From positions 77,984-141,983 of IMG/VR virus record IMGVR_UViG_3300028423_000861: a DNA stretch of 64,000 bases. One strand, written 5' to 3'. The stretch's first letter is position 1. The number at the start of each line of letters is the position of its first letter. Position numbers and translations under genes: made by a program. This document shows, piece after piece, positions 9,108 through 19,587 of the stretch. This DNA is from a virus. The notes beneath the pieces are model-generated. The model searched no databases. It was given only the letters and a program-made list of their open reading frames with translations, and was not told the origin of the DNA.

Positions 9108-10235
9108 TTAAAATGCATCAGGGTGGTATCTCCACCTATCAATAGGATCGTTCCGAGTGACATGCAGTTCAGCTTCCTCGCCATTTCGCTCGATACGATA
9201 AACAAAGCAATTGTTCGTTTGATCAAATTGCTTGATATGAGTAGGATTGAACACAAGGCATTCATCTCCAAACTCATTAGATCCCGCAACTTGTTCAATG
9301 GCATTCTTAACCGAATCTTCTTTGGCAAGATCTTTGGGCATGTCATCATCTGCCCAAATAAGATATTCAAAGTTATTGGGTTGGAAACGATCATAGGTAC
9401 GATCGACAACAAGTTTCTTACCACCAGCAACGATTTCAACTTTGTAAGTATCAGTGCTGCGATTTTCTGGCTTGATGTTAAGAACTTCAAGAACTTCGGC
9501 AAGGCTTTCCCCATAACGATTCATTTCTTCAACTGCGGCATTAAGCATGTCAAAATTAAAGAAACTGAATACCTTGGTATACTTGAGAATATCTTCGATC
9601 TGGCTCTGATCCTCAAGACGATCTTCAAGAAATTCACGAATAAAATCTTGACCAAGCGTATCAAAGGAGAAGTTGTAATAGATACGGCCCGGACGATTTT
9701 GCATGAATTCTGAAACATCACGCTCGGTATTCGTAGTCACGAGGAAAAGCTTGCGGCTAGGGAATACTCCATCAAAAAGAGTAAGAATTTTGCGTTGCGT
9801 CCCCCAATCATAAATCTTTTCAAACTCGTCAAACATCACGATTGCAGGCATGTTAATGCTCTGAATAAATGCATTAAACTCATCACCGTGCCAATCTCGA
9901 TTGATTACGATGGTAGGGATCTTCATATCACGTCCGCGCACTGCAACTTGCTTCGCAAGAAGAGTTTTCCCTGCGCCCTTGATGCCGCTAAGAAGAACAC
10001 CCGTGCTGCCAGAACGATCCTCAAAGGTTTTTAGGATACGGTCGGCGTAATTATTATTCTTTCCATAGATTTTATCCGGAAGATCGAAATTTTCAATCTG
10101 TTCAAGGAAAAACTCGCCTGCACGTTCATCAAACTTTACCGTGTAAGTTTCAGGAGGCAGATGATCATACGGCTTGATTTCTCCATCGTCACGAATTCGA
10201 ATCGTGTTACCGCTCTTAAGGAAAACTTTTTTCAT
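9108..10235 (-). CDS. AAA+ ATPase
   Basis: Walker A GIKGAGKT, Walker B MFDEFEK, NRPGRI. Confidence 0.9.
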   Translation of the reverse strand: MKKVFLKSGNTIRIRDDGEIKPYDHLPPETYTVKFDERAGEFFLEQIENFDLPDKIYGKNNNYADRILKTFEDRSGSTGVLLSGIKGAGKTLLAKQVAVRGRDMKIPTIVINRDWHGDEFNAFIQSINMPAIVMFDEFEKIYDWGTQRKILTLFDGVFPSRKLFLVTTNTERDVSEFMQNRPGRIYYNFSFDTLGQDFIREFLEDRLEDQSQIEDILKYTKVFSFFNFDMLNAAVEEMNRYGESLAEVLEVLNIKPENRSTDTYKVEIVAGGKKLVVDRTYDRFQPNNFEYLIWADDDMPKDLAKEDSVKNAIEQVAGSNEFGDECLVFNPTHIKQFDQTNNCFVYRIERNGEEAELHVTRNDPIDRWRYHPDAF

Positions 10236-10612
10236 TATTCATTCTCGCTTTGGTTTTTAAAGTTACAAGTCCATGACTCTTTTTCAAAATACTTTGATAC
10301 TTCTTGTTTGCATACAATAGCAGGCGGTTGTTCTGAAGTCAATAACAGATAAAGATATTCTGACTCCAAGTCTTCCAGTGATCGTTGATGTTCGCCACAT
10401 AGTGCCACAGCACCTTGTATTACAGTCCCGTCTTCTTTTTCGAGACCAAGAACAACTTTGCACTCATCATTAAATTTTTCAGTCTGAACATCCATTATTG
10501 CATAAAACCCGAACTGGACAAGAATGACAACGACTGATGATACAGTAATAATTACTTGAGTAGGCATGGGAACCATTAGGTAATGATACCATCGTTCTTC
10601 TGGTTGTATCAT
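10235..10612 (-). CDS. hypothetical membrane-anchored protein
   Basis: one TM segment; coupled ORF. Confidence 0.65.
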   Translation of the reverse strand: MIQPEERWYHYLMVPMPTQVIITVSSVVVILVQFGFYAIMDVQTEKFNDECKVVLGLEKEDGTVIQGAVALCGEHQRSLEDLESEYLYLLLTSEQPPAIVCKQEVSKYFEKESWTCNFKNQSENE

Positions 10613-11097
10613 TTTTCATCTACCTCTAGGACAGGACAAACACGGGTTTTAATTGACACGGCATATTCTTTAATTAATTTCCAAAATCCATGTGAATTTT
10701 CTTGATTCTCGTCTCCTGTGATATTGGATTTGTTTTTGTTCGAATAACGATATTTTTCATACAATTCAACCATAATAATGAAGACAGCTACAAAAAACAT
10801 GAGTAATAATATACCACCAAATGTCCACATGATACCTATTGAACCATTCAAGCTCGCTGGCACTACTATAAGTGCAAGGTATAATCCTCCAAATGGAATA
10901 ATATTGCTGATAATCGCCAATGGCCCCCAGACCAAAATAGTCCTCATATAAGGACATAGACCTATGCGTTTATTCTCGGGCTGTCCTGCATTGATATAAT
11001 TATAGTCTCTTAACCAAACTGCGAACCATTGTGACATAAAAACATAGAGTTTATAATGCCAACTGTTAGAACTAATCTGCATATTCAACTCTTTCAA
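10609..11097 (-). CDS. membrane protein
   Basis: hydrophobic segments. Confidence 0.65.
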   Translation of the reverse strand: MKELNMQISSNSWHYKLYVFMSQWFAVWLRDYNYINAGQPENKRIGLCPYMRTILVWGPLAIISNIIPFGGLYLALIVVPASLNGSIGIMWTFGGILLLMFFVAVFIIMVELYEKYRYSNKNKSNITGDENQENSHGFWKLIKEYAVSIKTRVCPVLEVDEK

Positions 11098-11377
11098 TTA
11101 TAGGCATGTCATAGTGGACAACTTCAAGTTTTTTAAGCCCGGCAAGTGGTAGGTAACGGTTGCGGCCTTCCACACTCACGCGGTAGTAACGCTGGCCCGG
11201 TTTGAGGTTGAGCCAACGGCTCGTTCTGTGAGTAAACATGGCGGGATGGGCTGTAAGCATCTTGAGCTCACGCAACACACCACCGATTTTGATCGAAAAC
11301 AATTTTTCTTTCTTTACGTCCCAGAAATAACCAGGACAGTTTGGAACAGGCGTTAGGGTGTCAGGAAAATAGATCAT
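11072..11377 (-). CDS. hypothetical protein
   Basis: coupled ORF. Confidence 0.65.
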   Translation of the reverse strand: MIYFPDTLTPVPNCPGYFWDVKKEKLFSIKIGGVLRELKMLTAHPAMFTHRTSRWLNLKPGQRYYRVSVEGRNRYLPLAGLKKLEVVHYDMPIIERVEYAD

Positions 11378-12015
11378 TTGAGTCTCTCGTATGTTTCAAG
11401 AACAGCTTGAGCAATATAACTTACATCTTCACAACCACTACGAATGTCACGCCAAACGCCATATTGTAAGTCTCTTTCAATATTGTATTCAGCAACTTTA
11501 TAGAATTCTTCCATGAAGTCAATAGTATTTTTTGCTGCTTGGATAAAATCAATACCATACAATTCTTTAGCTTCATCTACTATCAACCAAAAATTTTCAT
11601 ATCTTTGCTGTGTGTAAGAAAGATCTGTTGTATCTAGTCGAATTAGCCAAGGATCAATTTGTGGAATGTATTTGTGATTGATTGTGTTGAGAATCATCTC
11701 GTTTGCTGAGGAAACGATGACCCCTTCAAACCATTCAGGATATTCTTGTGCAGTTTCTTTGAGTAATTCTGCAGATCTAATTTCTTTATCTGGATGCTCG
11801 TCATAAACAACATCGTGCCATAGTATAGCAAGATCAAGCTTTGAATAATACGGAATATTAAGCAGATTGGCAATCTCATATAGTCTACGAACATGATTGA
11901 TATTGTGATATTTCCGTCGAGGATCATCCATGTATTCAGCTACGAACTCTCCCATTTCACTATGAAGCAATTTACTCCAACTAGCATCAATATCATGATT
12001 TTGTTCAATGTTCAT
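11374..12015 (-). CDS. HD-superfamily phosphohydrolase (COG4339-like)
   Basis: R.YHNINH and LAILWHDVVYD. Confidence 0.8.
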   Translation of the reverse strand: MNIEQNHDIDASWSKLLHSEMGEFVAEYMDDPRRKYHNINHVRRLYEIANLLNIPYYSKLDLAILWHDVVYDEHPDKEIRSAELLKETAQEYPEWFEGVIVSSANEMILNTINHKYIPQIDPWLIRLDTTDLSYTQQRYENFWLIVDEAKELYGIDFIQAAKNTIDFMEEFYKVAEYNIERDLQYGVWRDIRSGCEDVSYIAQAVLETYERLK

Positions 12016-12286
12016 TCCTGAACTCCTGCATTTTCTTTCGATGCACTTCAATTTCATGAATTCTGTTTTTCCAGGCTGTAACTTTTGTTTTATCCTCATC
12101 ATCAAGACGATCAAAATCCAAAATTGAAAGGCCTAGCTTTTCATCAAATTCAAGAAGTTCAAGGCAATTGATACACAGTGTAACATCGCCAGGCTCAGGA
12201 ACATGGGTCACATCTTCCAATCCTGTAGCTGCATCAAGCACATGACTACAAGCAGGGCATTTAGATTTTTTGACACGATAAGTCAT
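12005..12286 (-). CDS. small Zn-finger protein
   Basis: CPAC and CINC. Confidence 0.65.
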   Translation of the reverse strand: MTYRVKKSKCPACSHVLDAATGLEDVTHVPEPGDVTLCINCLELLEFDEKLGLSILDFDRLDDEDKTKVTAWKNRIHEIEVHRKKMQEFRNEH

Positions 12287-12560
12287 TTTCCTCCAACTGA
12301 GTATCTTCTCGGGCTTCCTGGAAACTCATTTCATCGATTAGGTTAAGATCAGCATGTGTTTCAATCCAAGCACGGGCACCACAGCGCAGTTGACGTCCAT
12401 CGTAGACCATTTTACTAGGGCCCAGGATTTCTACTTCACGTGCATAGCGTGTGGTGCCGTTATTCAATTTGATGGTATAAACAGGACGATTGCCGCCGTC
12501 GCTGGCATTCATACTGATATGTTGCCTGTTTACGTGTATAATGTGAGGTTTATTTTTCAT
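12261..12560 (-). CDS. hypothetical phage protein
   Basis: IHVN...CGARAWIET. Confidence 0.7.
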   Translation of the reverse strand: MKNKPHIIHVNRQHISMNASDGGNRPVYTIKLNNGTTRYAREVEILGPSKMVYDGRQLRCGARAWIETHADLNLIDEMSFQEAREDTQLEENDLSCQKI

Positions 12561-13809
12561 TTAAAATCTCAAGAACAGATTGTTCAACAATATCAAGACC
12601 ATCATACAACGATGGATATGTAATTGTCAATGGTGCAAGAACCTTTACAACTTCGTCATCAGCACCTGATGTTTCGATAATCAAGCCCTTTTCAAAACAA
12701 CGTGCGCAAATGCGTTCTGCTAGTTCTCCAGATCCTACGTCAATACCTTTCATCATATCACGACCTTTTACTTGGGCGCCAGGAATTAGGTCTGCAATTT
12801 CTTCTAGACGTTTGCCAAGTATTTCGCCTTTTCCACGAACCATTCGTGCAAACTTGTCATCAGACCAAAACTTTTCCAGTGCTACACGAGCAGTTACAAA
12901 GGCATGTGTGTTGCCGCGAAATGTTCCATTGTGTTCGGCGGGCTTCCAAATATCAAGTTTTGAATCCAGAAGAACCATAGCAAACGGAAGTCCATACCCA
13001 CTTAGCGATTTTGCCAGTGTGATAATATCAGGTTGGACACCCATGTAATCAAACGAAAAGAAGTTCCCAGTTCTTCCTACGCCTGCTTGAATGTCGTCAA
13101 CAATTAGCAGAGCTCCGTGCTGTTTTGCTAGCTGCTGAATACCTTGTAGCCATTCCTGTGATGCAGCGTTAAGTCCGCCTTCGCCTTGCACAGTCTCGAC
13201 GATAAACGCAGCCGGAGCATCAACGCCGCTGCTGGTGTTGTCGAGCATTGCCCGAGCAACTTCAAGTTCGCCGCCGCCTAGTGCACCATCGTAAGGCAAG
13301 TGTGCGACATCACTAAACGACACAGGTCCGGCACCACCGCGCTTGCTGGCGTTGCCTGTGAGTGCTAGCGAGCCCATTGTCATGCCGTGGAAGGCGTTGG
13401 TAAATGCAACAATGTTACGGCGCCCTGTAACCTTGCGAGCAAGCTTTACAGCCGCTTCTACAGCATTAGTTCCAGTAGGTCCAGTCATCATAATTTTGTG
13501 ATTCATACCGCGCGGTTCGAGAATCAAACGTTCGAAGGTTTCAATAAACTGGGCTTTTTGTGTAGTATACATGTCGAGCCCGTGCGCAATACCATCATTT
13601 GAAATATGTTCAACAAGCGCCGCTTTCATGTCTTTGTCATTATGACCATAATTGAGTGTTGAGCAGCCCGACAGAAAATCAAAATATTCATTGCCGTCTT
13701 CATCAAACAAAAATGTTCCATAAGCACTGGAAAAGACCTTGTCAAAATTACGGCAATAGCTGCGAACTTCTGATTCACGACTGGCAAAAATCTTTTTATC
13801 GGTTTTCAT
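12550..13809 (-). CDS. ectB: diaminobutyrate-2-oxoglutarate transaminase
   Basis: ESEVRSYCR, LNYGHN, GPTGTNAVEAA, DDIQAG.GRTG, W.PAEHNGTFRGN. Confidence 0.95.
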   Translation of the reverse strand: MKTDKKIFASRESEVRSYCRNFDKVFSSAYGTFLFDEDGNEYFDFLSGCSTLNYGHNDKDMKAALVEHISNDGIAHGLDMYTTQKAQFIETFERLILEPRGMNHKIMMTGPTGTNAVEAAVKLARKVTGRRNIVAFTNAFHGMTMGSLALTGNASKRGGAGPVSFSDVAHLPYDGALGGGELEVARAMLDNTSSGVDAPAAFIVETVQGEGGLNAASQEWLQGIQQLAKQHGALLIVDDIQAGVGRTGNFFSFDYMGVQPDIITLAKSLSGYGLPFAMVLLDSKLDIWKPAEHNGTFRGNTHAFVTARVALEKFWSDDKFARMVRGKGEILGKRLEEIADLIPGAQVKGRDMMKGIDVGSGELAERICARCFEKGLIIETSGADDEVVKVLAPLTITYPSLYDGLDIVEQSVLEILNEK

Positions 13810-14143
13810 TTCGTAAAAGTTCCTCATATTCTTTTATTTGTTGTTCTATTTCTTTGTCGCTTTCCCAACGACCTTCTTCGTAATTCCAATGCCGAACATC
13901 GTAGATATTGAAGTCAAAGAAATACCCAAACAGTTCAAGACTAATTCCTGGACCAGCGTGGTCATGTCCCCGCCAAGAGAGATCCAGATCAAATCTTAGA
14001 ATGCTTGGTGTTGCTGCTTTTGATAACTGAATGCACATTGCTTTACGACGAGAAATTTTCGGTTCTCGCCAAAAGTAATCGTGCTGAACTCTCCCGGGAT
14101 CTTTAGCCCAGGGGCTTTCAAACTTGAAAGAAAAATAAATCAT
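13796..14143 (-). CDS. hypothetical phage protein
   Basis: DHAGP...YD.RHW. Confidence 0.7.
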   Translation of the reverse strand: MIYFSFKFESPWAKDPGRVQHDYFWREPKISRRKAMCIQLSKAATPSILRFDLDLSWRGHDHAGPGISLELFGYFFDFNIYDVRHWNYEEGRWESDKEIEQQIKEYEELLRNENR

Positions 14144-14169
14144 AATTTCTTTTCGTGTTTGATGGAAAT

Positions 14170-14272
14170 TGGCGGACCGTTAGCCCGATAAGGTTGGACT
14201 CTTGTCTGTGGACCCATGCATTGCACGACTTTTTCGGCTCTCTTGTTCTAATAGCAAACTCCGCTACGGTCC
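14170..14272 (-). ncRNA. tRNA-like RNA with acceptor stem and CCA but no T arm
   Basis: GGACCGU/ACGGUCC-G-CCA. Confidence 0.55.
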
Positions 14273-14322
14273 TAGAGCGGTTCACCTATCAAATTATATG
14301 ACAGGCTGCTGTCGAAATTAAA

Positions 14323-14399
14323 TGGTCTCGGTGGTAGGATTCGAACCTACGGTCTCCTGGACCCAAACCAGGCGCTTTACCAGACTAAGCTACACCGAG
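14323..14399 (-). tRNA. tRNA-Pro(UGG)
   Basis: cloverleaf, CCA. Confidence 0.95.
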
Positions 14400-14583
14400 T
14401 TAATTATTTATAGATCTACTATAACACGTTTCAATCTAACAGTCGAGTCCCAGTGTCCTATTTCAAATAATTGCTCAATGTCTTTTTCAAAAGCCAAGAC
14501 GTCATCTTCATTATTGGGATTGAATTGTTCACTAAATTCATCTCCACTGTCTTCGAGGGTCACTTCAAATACATAGCTCTGTG

Positions 14584-15120
14584 TCATGTTTGTTGTTCTC
14601 CTTCAACTAATTCCATGATAGGAATGACACGTGGCCTCCCCAAATGATCAAAACCCATGACAACGCCTTGAACATTCTTGAGCATATGATCTGTAATGTA
14701 GCCTTCTTTTATAGACTCATAAGTGATTTCATGATTGCCTGGGTCGCGGCGTCGAATATAACGAACATGACGACCTGTAAGGCTGTTACCATTAACCTGT
14801 TCAATTTCACGAAACTTAGTGGCACTACTAGCCTTAACTTTGACGATCATTCCGGGCTTGAGATTTTCCTGGCACCACTTGGGAATAACTTGATCGCGAT
14901 ATTCCTTTCGTGACCGAGCGTTTTTTCGACGGGCGGCTGCTTGTGCCGCTTGAATCTCTTTTTGCTTTTGTTGCATCTGATTGTATTTTTCTTCAATCAA
15001 GGACACAACCGAAATCAATTGCATTTGTTGTGCTGTATCAAGACTGTCAAAATTCTTACAACGATCGACGATAACATCGAAAGCTTCGTCAAGAGACATT
15101 TCTGTATTTTGATCACTCAT
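14584..15120 (-). CDS. hypothetical protein
   Basis: ORF track. Confidence 0.7.
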   Translation of the reverse strand: MSDQNTEMSLDEAFDVIVDRCKNFDSLDTAQQMQLISVVSLIEEKYNQMQQKQKEIQAAQAAARRKNARSRKEYRDQVIPKWCQENLKPGMIVKVKASSATKFREIEQVNGNSLTGRHVRYIRRRDPGNHEITYESIKEGYITDHMLKNVQGVVMGFDHLGRPRVIPIMELVEGEQQT

Positions 15121-15197
15121 CTTTGTAAGGCCGTTGTTCAGTGTGCATACGACTTTGCATTACACGAAGAGCTCGATAATAGACATGACGAACTTCG

Positions 15198-15425
15198 TTA
15201 GAGTCCATTCTTTCGATCATGTCTATTAGATCTTCTCCGCTGGGTTTTGGGTTGGAGGTAGTTGCCATTTTTTACCCTTTCTGGGTCTGATAATGAGTCT
15301 AGAATAAACTTTTTTTCAGAGTCTGTCAATCGCGACCAAGCAGCGATTTCGTAAAGAGTTCTCCCACACCCAATACAGATGTCGTCTTGTATGCGACATA
15401 TGTTTTGGCATGGCGACTCAACCAC
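15198..15425 (-). CDS. DUF1289-like putative Fe-S protein
   Basis: SPC..IC....C.GCGRT..EI..W. Confidence 0.85.
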   Translation of the reverse strand: MVESPCQNICRIQDDICIGCGRTLYEIAAWSRLTDSEKKFILDSLSDPERVKNGNYLQPKTQRRRSNRHDRKNGL

Positions 15426-15643
15426 GCTGCCGACCTTTTAAGTTGCCCAGGTTCAATCGACAGACTCCTTGTTAGACAGCCTTGCAAGTTCACGTTCAAT
15501 TCGCTTTTTTTCTTGTATAAGAACAGCGAGCTTTATACGATAACTTGGCAAGTGCTTCTTTTCCTCAAATTGAGCTAACAGTTTTGACAATTTTTTCTCT
15601 ATTTGTTCCAAATATGTCATAGCTGTTACTCCTCTTTTGGCCT

Positions 15644-15841
15644 TTATTCGATTATGAAATTAAAGGACTCTAGTTCTTCTCGTAGAACAAAATCATCAGG
15701 CAACGCTCTTGGTGTTCCTTCAAGAACGTCGTCTACTATTTTTTTACTCTCTTTTAAGCCAATCCCGGAATGTTTGTTGATTGCTTGAGTAGCATCAATT
15801 TTTCTAGCGCCGGGTCGCCATCCACTGATAATCATTACCAT
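15644..15841 (-). CDS. ribosomal L7/L12 C-terminal-like small protein
   Basis: KI......SGIGLKESKKIVD. Confidence 0.55.
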   Translation of the reverse strand: MVMIISGWRPGARKIDATQAINKHSGIGLKESKKIVDDVLEGTPRALPDDFVLREELESFNFIIE

Positions 15842-15887
15842 CTCCTCAAGACAAAAATACTGGCTTCATGCCAGTATTTAACGTATT

Positions 15888-15964
15888 TGGTACGGGTGGT
15901 CGGATTCGAACCGACACTGAACAGGGTTTGAATCTGGTGCCTCTGCCAATTGGGCTACACCCGC
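15888..15964 (-). tRNA. tRNA-Leu(CAA), short variable arm
   Basis: cloverleaf, CCA. Confidence 0.85.
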
Positions 15965-15970
15965 ATATTT

Positions 15971-16061
15971 TGGTGGTAGACCTGGGTAACGATCCCAGCC
16001 GTGCACCCTAATCTGGGGCTACAAGTTTATAAATCTCGCCTGCACACCTGTGCTATCTACC
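15971..16061 (-). tRNA. atypical tRNA-Ile(UAU) with long variable arm
   Basis: acceptor GGUAGAU/GUCUACC, loop UUUAUAA, non-canonical T loop. Confidence 0.65.
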
Positions 16062-16081
16062 AAATAAAAAAATTTTTAATA

Positions 16082-16169
16082 TGGCACCCCCTGGAGGAAT
16101 TGAACCCCTTGGCTTCCATCCCACTATTTTACGCCGAGAGTTTAGAAGACTCTTGTGGGGTCAGGAGGC
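16082..16169 (-). tRNA. atypical tRNA-Arg(UCU), D arm absent, long variable region
   Basis: AGAGU-CUUCUAA-ACUCU; 8-bp acceptor; CCA. Confidence 0.7.
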
Positions 16170-16844
16170 AGAAATTACTTTTTTTGCCCATCTATACCAA
16201 TGACTCACAGCACCAGGATAACCCATTTCTTTTAGTGCTGCGTTTAAGCTACCTTTCTTTTTATAGAACTCTAATAGCTCTTGCTCTCTGCCATAGTATG
16301 AGGCTGTTTTTGTTCTTCTATCTTTACATTTTTTACTACATATACGCTCGTTCTTTTGAGGTCGAAAACTACCCCCACACTCTAAACATTTTACCTTTTC
16401 TTTAGGAACGTATCTGCCTTTAATCCATCCAATTTTAATATATACTTCTAATTCAGTTTTTGCAATCTTTTTATTTTGTAGAGTTATTGGATCGTATATC
16501 CAACAAGACCCGTATTGTGAATTTCTTACACCAAAAGAGTTGATCTTTGCCGCATTCTGATGCTGACGCTTGATCCATCCATAGCGTTTATTGCTTCGAA
16601 TTGCCTTACTTCCAGACACTGTCATCATATTAAGCGCAAAGATTAACTTGGCATTATCAGGATACATTTTAACTAACAGTTGGTGTGCTACATAATGTTC
16701 TTCTGGTGTTAGATTTACAATATTATTTTTACTATTATCCCCTCCCAAACAACGTGGAATAATGTGATGTTTTTCAAAATATCCTTCAAGTATCCGATTT
16801 TTAGCCTTTGACATAAGGCTGTTATAGTGAAAATAATAATCCAT
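16161..16844 (-). mobile_element. HNH homing endonuclease
   Basis: EKHHIIPRCLGG.N...N...LT.EEH..AH.LL. Confidence 0.9.
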
Positions 16845-16871
16845 GCTTATATTTATAGAGGCATGTATTAA

Positions 16872-16961
16872 TGGCGGAGGGCCCGAGAATCGAACTCGAT
16901 GCGCTTTCACGCACAATCGGTTTAGCAAACCGTTCCAGGCACCAGCCTGATTGTACCCTCC
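16872..16961 (-). tRNA. tRNA-Ser(GCU)
   Basis: cloverleaf, CCA. Confidence 0.9.
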
Positions 16962-16979
16962 AGGTATTCATATTTATTT

Positions 16980-17069
16980 TGGCGGATAGGGTGGGAGTCG
17001 AACCCACACGACGCTTTAAGTCCTAACTGATTTCAAATCAGCGGCCACCTCCAATTGGCTTGCCTATCC
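16980..17069 (-). tRNA. tRNA-Ser(UGA)
   Basis: cloverleaf, CCA. Confidence 0.9.
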
Positions 17070-17079
17070 ATATGTTGTG

Positions 17080-17160
17080 CGGAAGGTGGAGTAATCGAAA
17101 CCCGAACCTTTCGGTCCCCCTGGAGTTCGAATCCAGTTTGCCACCTTGACGGCACCTTCC
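17080..17160 (-). tRNA. tRNA-Ser(CGA), 8/4 fold, CCA not encoded
   Basis: GGAAGGUG/CACCUUCC acceptor, 4-bp T stem. Confidence 0.8.
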
Positions 17161-17501
17161 CCATATTCAAAATGCTGGTAGTCATACATGCATTCTCTTA
17201 GCTTGCCCGCCCTATGTCTTTGTATTTGACTTTGGCAAGTGCCAGCAATTTTATGGTCTCGGGATTGAAAATTGAACATCTTGAATGTTCTTGATGTCTT
17301 GGATTATCTGGTTACGCTCCATAGGTGTAGTTGTGGCAAAGAAACCTATTACCACACCAGCAACAACAATATAAGGAATCATTCCAATCATTCCAATCTC
17401 CTTACTGTATGTTGGCAATATACACTACTGCCAACATTGTTGTCAACGGAAACGTCGATGCAAATAATTTTTTCGTCGAATCTGTATACATCAATACCTC
17501 C

Positions 17502-18125
17502 TTATATGTGCATTTTTGAACGTATATTACTCACCCATTGACTTACGATCCACTCATCTGGGTCATCTTCATACCAGTCATCTTCGTCAATGTAACTTTC
17601 TTCTCGATGTTTGAATTTCTCATACATCTTATAATATTCTTCATTGGGCTTGAGCTCACGAAGATCATTTGCAGTGCAGCGAAGCTTGAACATTGTAAAT
17701 TCTTCATCACTATTAAATTCAGTAATGTAGAAGGTTGTGCTACATGCGCCGCCCACCGTTTTAATGCCTACATGTTTTAATCCATCACATGCCTCTCGTA
17801 GCTGTTTTCCATAAATTGTGATAACACGGATAACAACTTCTGGTTTATCAAGCCGTTGCTTGATTTCAGGCGTAAGTTCATTCAAGTGTGCAACATTATC
17901 ATCATCAATTACGAGATGACAATTCTTGATCTTGATGCTGCCTTTTGTGTGTGAATTTTTCGGGGTTTCCTTTGTAGACCATGGAACACTACATTCAACG
18001 TGTTCGACATAATAGCTTTCGCCTTTGGCCTTGATAACCCACATAGGAATCGTGGGGTCTTCCAAATGTTTTTTATTGAAGTGGAAAACTGCTTCTTTAC
18101 ATGCTAATTCAAAGTTCTAAGACAT
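17502..18125 (-). CDS. hypothetical phage protein with in-frame TAG at codon 3
   Basis: AAGGAG SD then ATG TCT TAG AAC..., in frame with ORF 17502-18065. Confidence 0.6.
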
Positions 18126-18144
18126 AATTAACTCCTTGATTGTC

Positions 18145-18549
18145 TTATGGAATATACTGCATATCGACTCCATTGTCAATATCATTATCGTTAGATTCAA
18201 TTTCGAATCCTAACTTTTGATACCAGTTGACAAGTTGCTCAGTGCTCATCATGTCATCACGATATGCTTTTGCTGTGAGTTTAAGAGTGACACCATGTTC
18301 TTTTGCGAGCTTTTGTAGCAACCTCATTGCTGCTGATGCATGTCCTTTTCGTGGATCAAGTGAAGTAATATCACTTATTCTTACGTTGCCGCCTTGGCGA
18401 CTTGCTTCAACGGCAGCGCCTCCAATAATACGAACACGATCATTGAAAGGGTGCTCTTCACTCATATCCAAGAAATCTTCCAAAAAGTCCTCAGCTGGAC
18501 CTTTGTTAACACTTCCTAGTTTGACACGGGCTACTTCTTTAACTCTCAT
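18145..18549 (-). CDS. GNAT-fold acetyltransferase
   Basis: RKGHAS..M..L and L.NWYQKLGF. Confidence 0.75.
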   Translation of the reverse strand: MRVKEVARVKLGSVNKGPAEDFLEDFLDMSEEHPFNDRVRIIGGAAVEASRQGGNVRISDITSLDPRKGHASAAMRLLQKLAKEHGVTLKLTAKAYRDDMMSTEQLVNWYQKLGFEIESNDNDIDNGVDMQYIP

Positions 18550-18562
18550 AAAAATATTTATC

Positions 18563-18641
18563 TGGTAGCCCCAGCGGGGTTCGAACCCGCACCCTCTGGC
18601 TTGAGAGGCCAGCGTCCAGATGCCACTTAGACCGTGGGGCC
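18563..18641 (-). tRNA. tRNA-Glu(CUC)
   Basis: cloverleaf, CCA. Confidence 0.9.
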
Positions 18642-18749
18642 ATTCGACATGAAAATTTTTTCATGTCTTATACAGGACTGTTTGTCCATCTGATGCACTG
18701 TTGGAGTCACCGGAGTGAACACGCTCGCTCGTTGCTCTCGTGGGGAAAT

Positions 18750-18828
18750 TGGTCGGCCAAGCCAGGACGCCACTTCCTGCATCTCACCCCCTTTCACCGG
18801 GGCTACTCGCGATTTTGAGTTATTGGCC
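18750..18828 (-). ncRNA. degenerate tRNA-like RNA ending in CCA
   Basis: four arms pair but T and anticodon loops are non-canonical. Confidence 0.55.
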
Positions 18829-18868
18829 TCTCTAATGCCTACGTATGGTAGCTACGTGGCAAGCTTTT

Positions 18869-18954
18869 TGGTAGGGCAAACTGGTATCCACCCAGTATCT
18901 ACGGGCCCAGCGCCCGGTGTCCTGATTTTCTAAAGTTTATTAGACGATCGCCCC
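18869..18954 (-). ncRNA. degenerate tRNA-like RNA ending in CCA
   Basis: GGGGCGA/UUGCCCU-A-CCA; T loop GUGGAUA. Confidence 0.55.
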
Positions 18955-18960
18955 GAAATT

Positions 18961-19037
18961 TGGTGCCCAGGAGAGGACTCGAACCTCCAACACCTACGCC
19001 CTCAACGTAGTGCGTCTGCCAATTGCGCCACCTGGGC
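18961..19037 (-). tRNA. tRNA-Leu(GAG)
   Basis: cloverleaf, CCA. Confidence 0.9.
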
Positions 19038-19333
19038 ATAAACACTTAACTTCATCCCTGGATTCATAGTCCAGGCCGGCTCCAAGACCGCATTCTGATT
19101 TAGATACTTCGTTATTGTGTTTGTTTACATTCAATCTTTATTTCAAGAACATCTGGGGAAATATACCTATATTCCTGAAATGGAAAAATTTGATTTAAAG
19201 TAGTTCTTCCACTCAAATAGCAACCAGTTAGGGATCTAAAAGTATAGTTATCAACTTCAATACGTTGAGCCCTTTGTTCTCCAGATTGCATTGTAAGAAT
19301 GAGGATGATTGCTAATTTGAACATGTATATCCT

Positions 19334-19408
19334 TGGTGGGCAAGGAGGGATTCGAACCCCCAACCTAATGCGTGTAAAGCACCCGCGCTACCGTTGCGCC
19401 ACTCGCCC
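19334..19408 (-). tRNA. tRNA-Val(UAC)
   Basis: cloverleaf, CCA. Confidence 0.95.
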
Positions 19409-19587
19409 TTTTAATAATCTTCATCAATATCAAAAATATGAACTAAAGGAATCTTTTTAACTGGATAGTCTTTGCCACGAAAAATACAATAAAGAGGCCC
19501 TTTCGTGTATGTTGACACTACGTTGTCAAATTCAAGTGCTTGGCTGTTTTCATATAACCTTACTTTGACTTTCATTGTGTATCCTTT

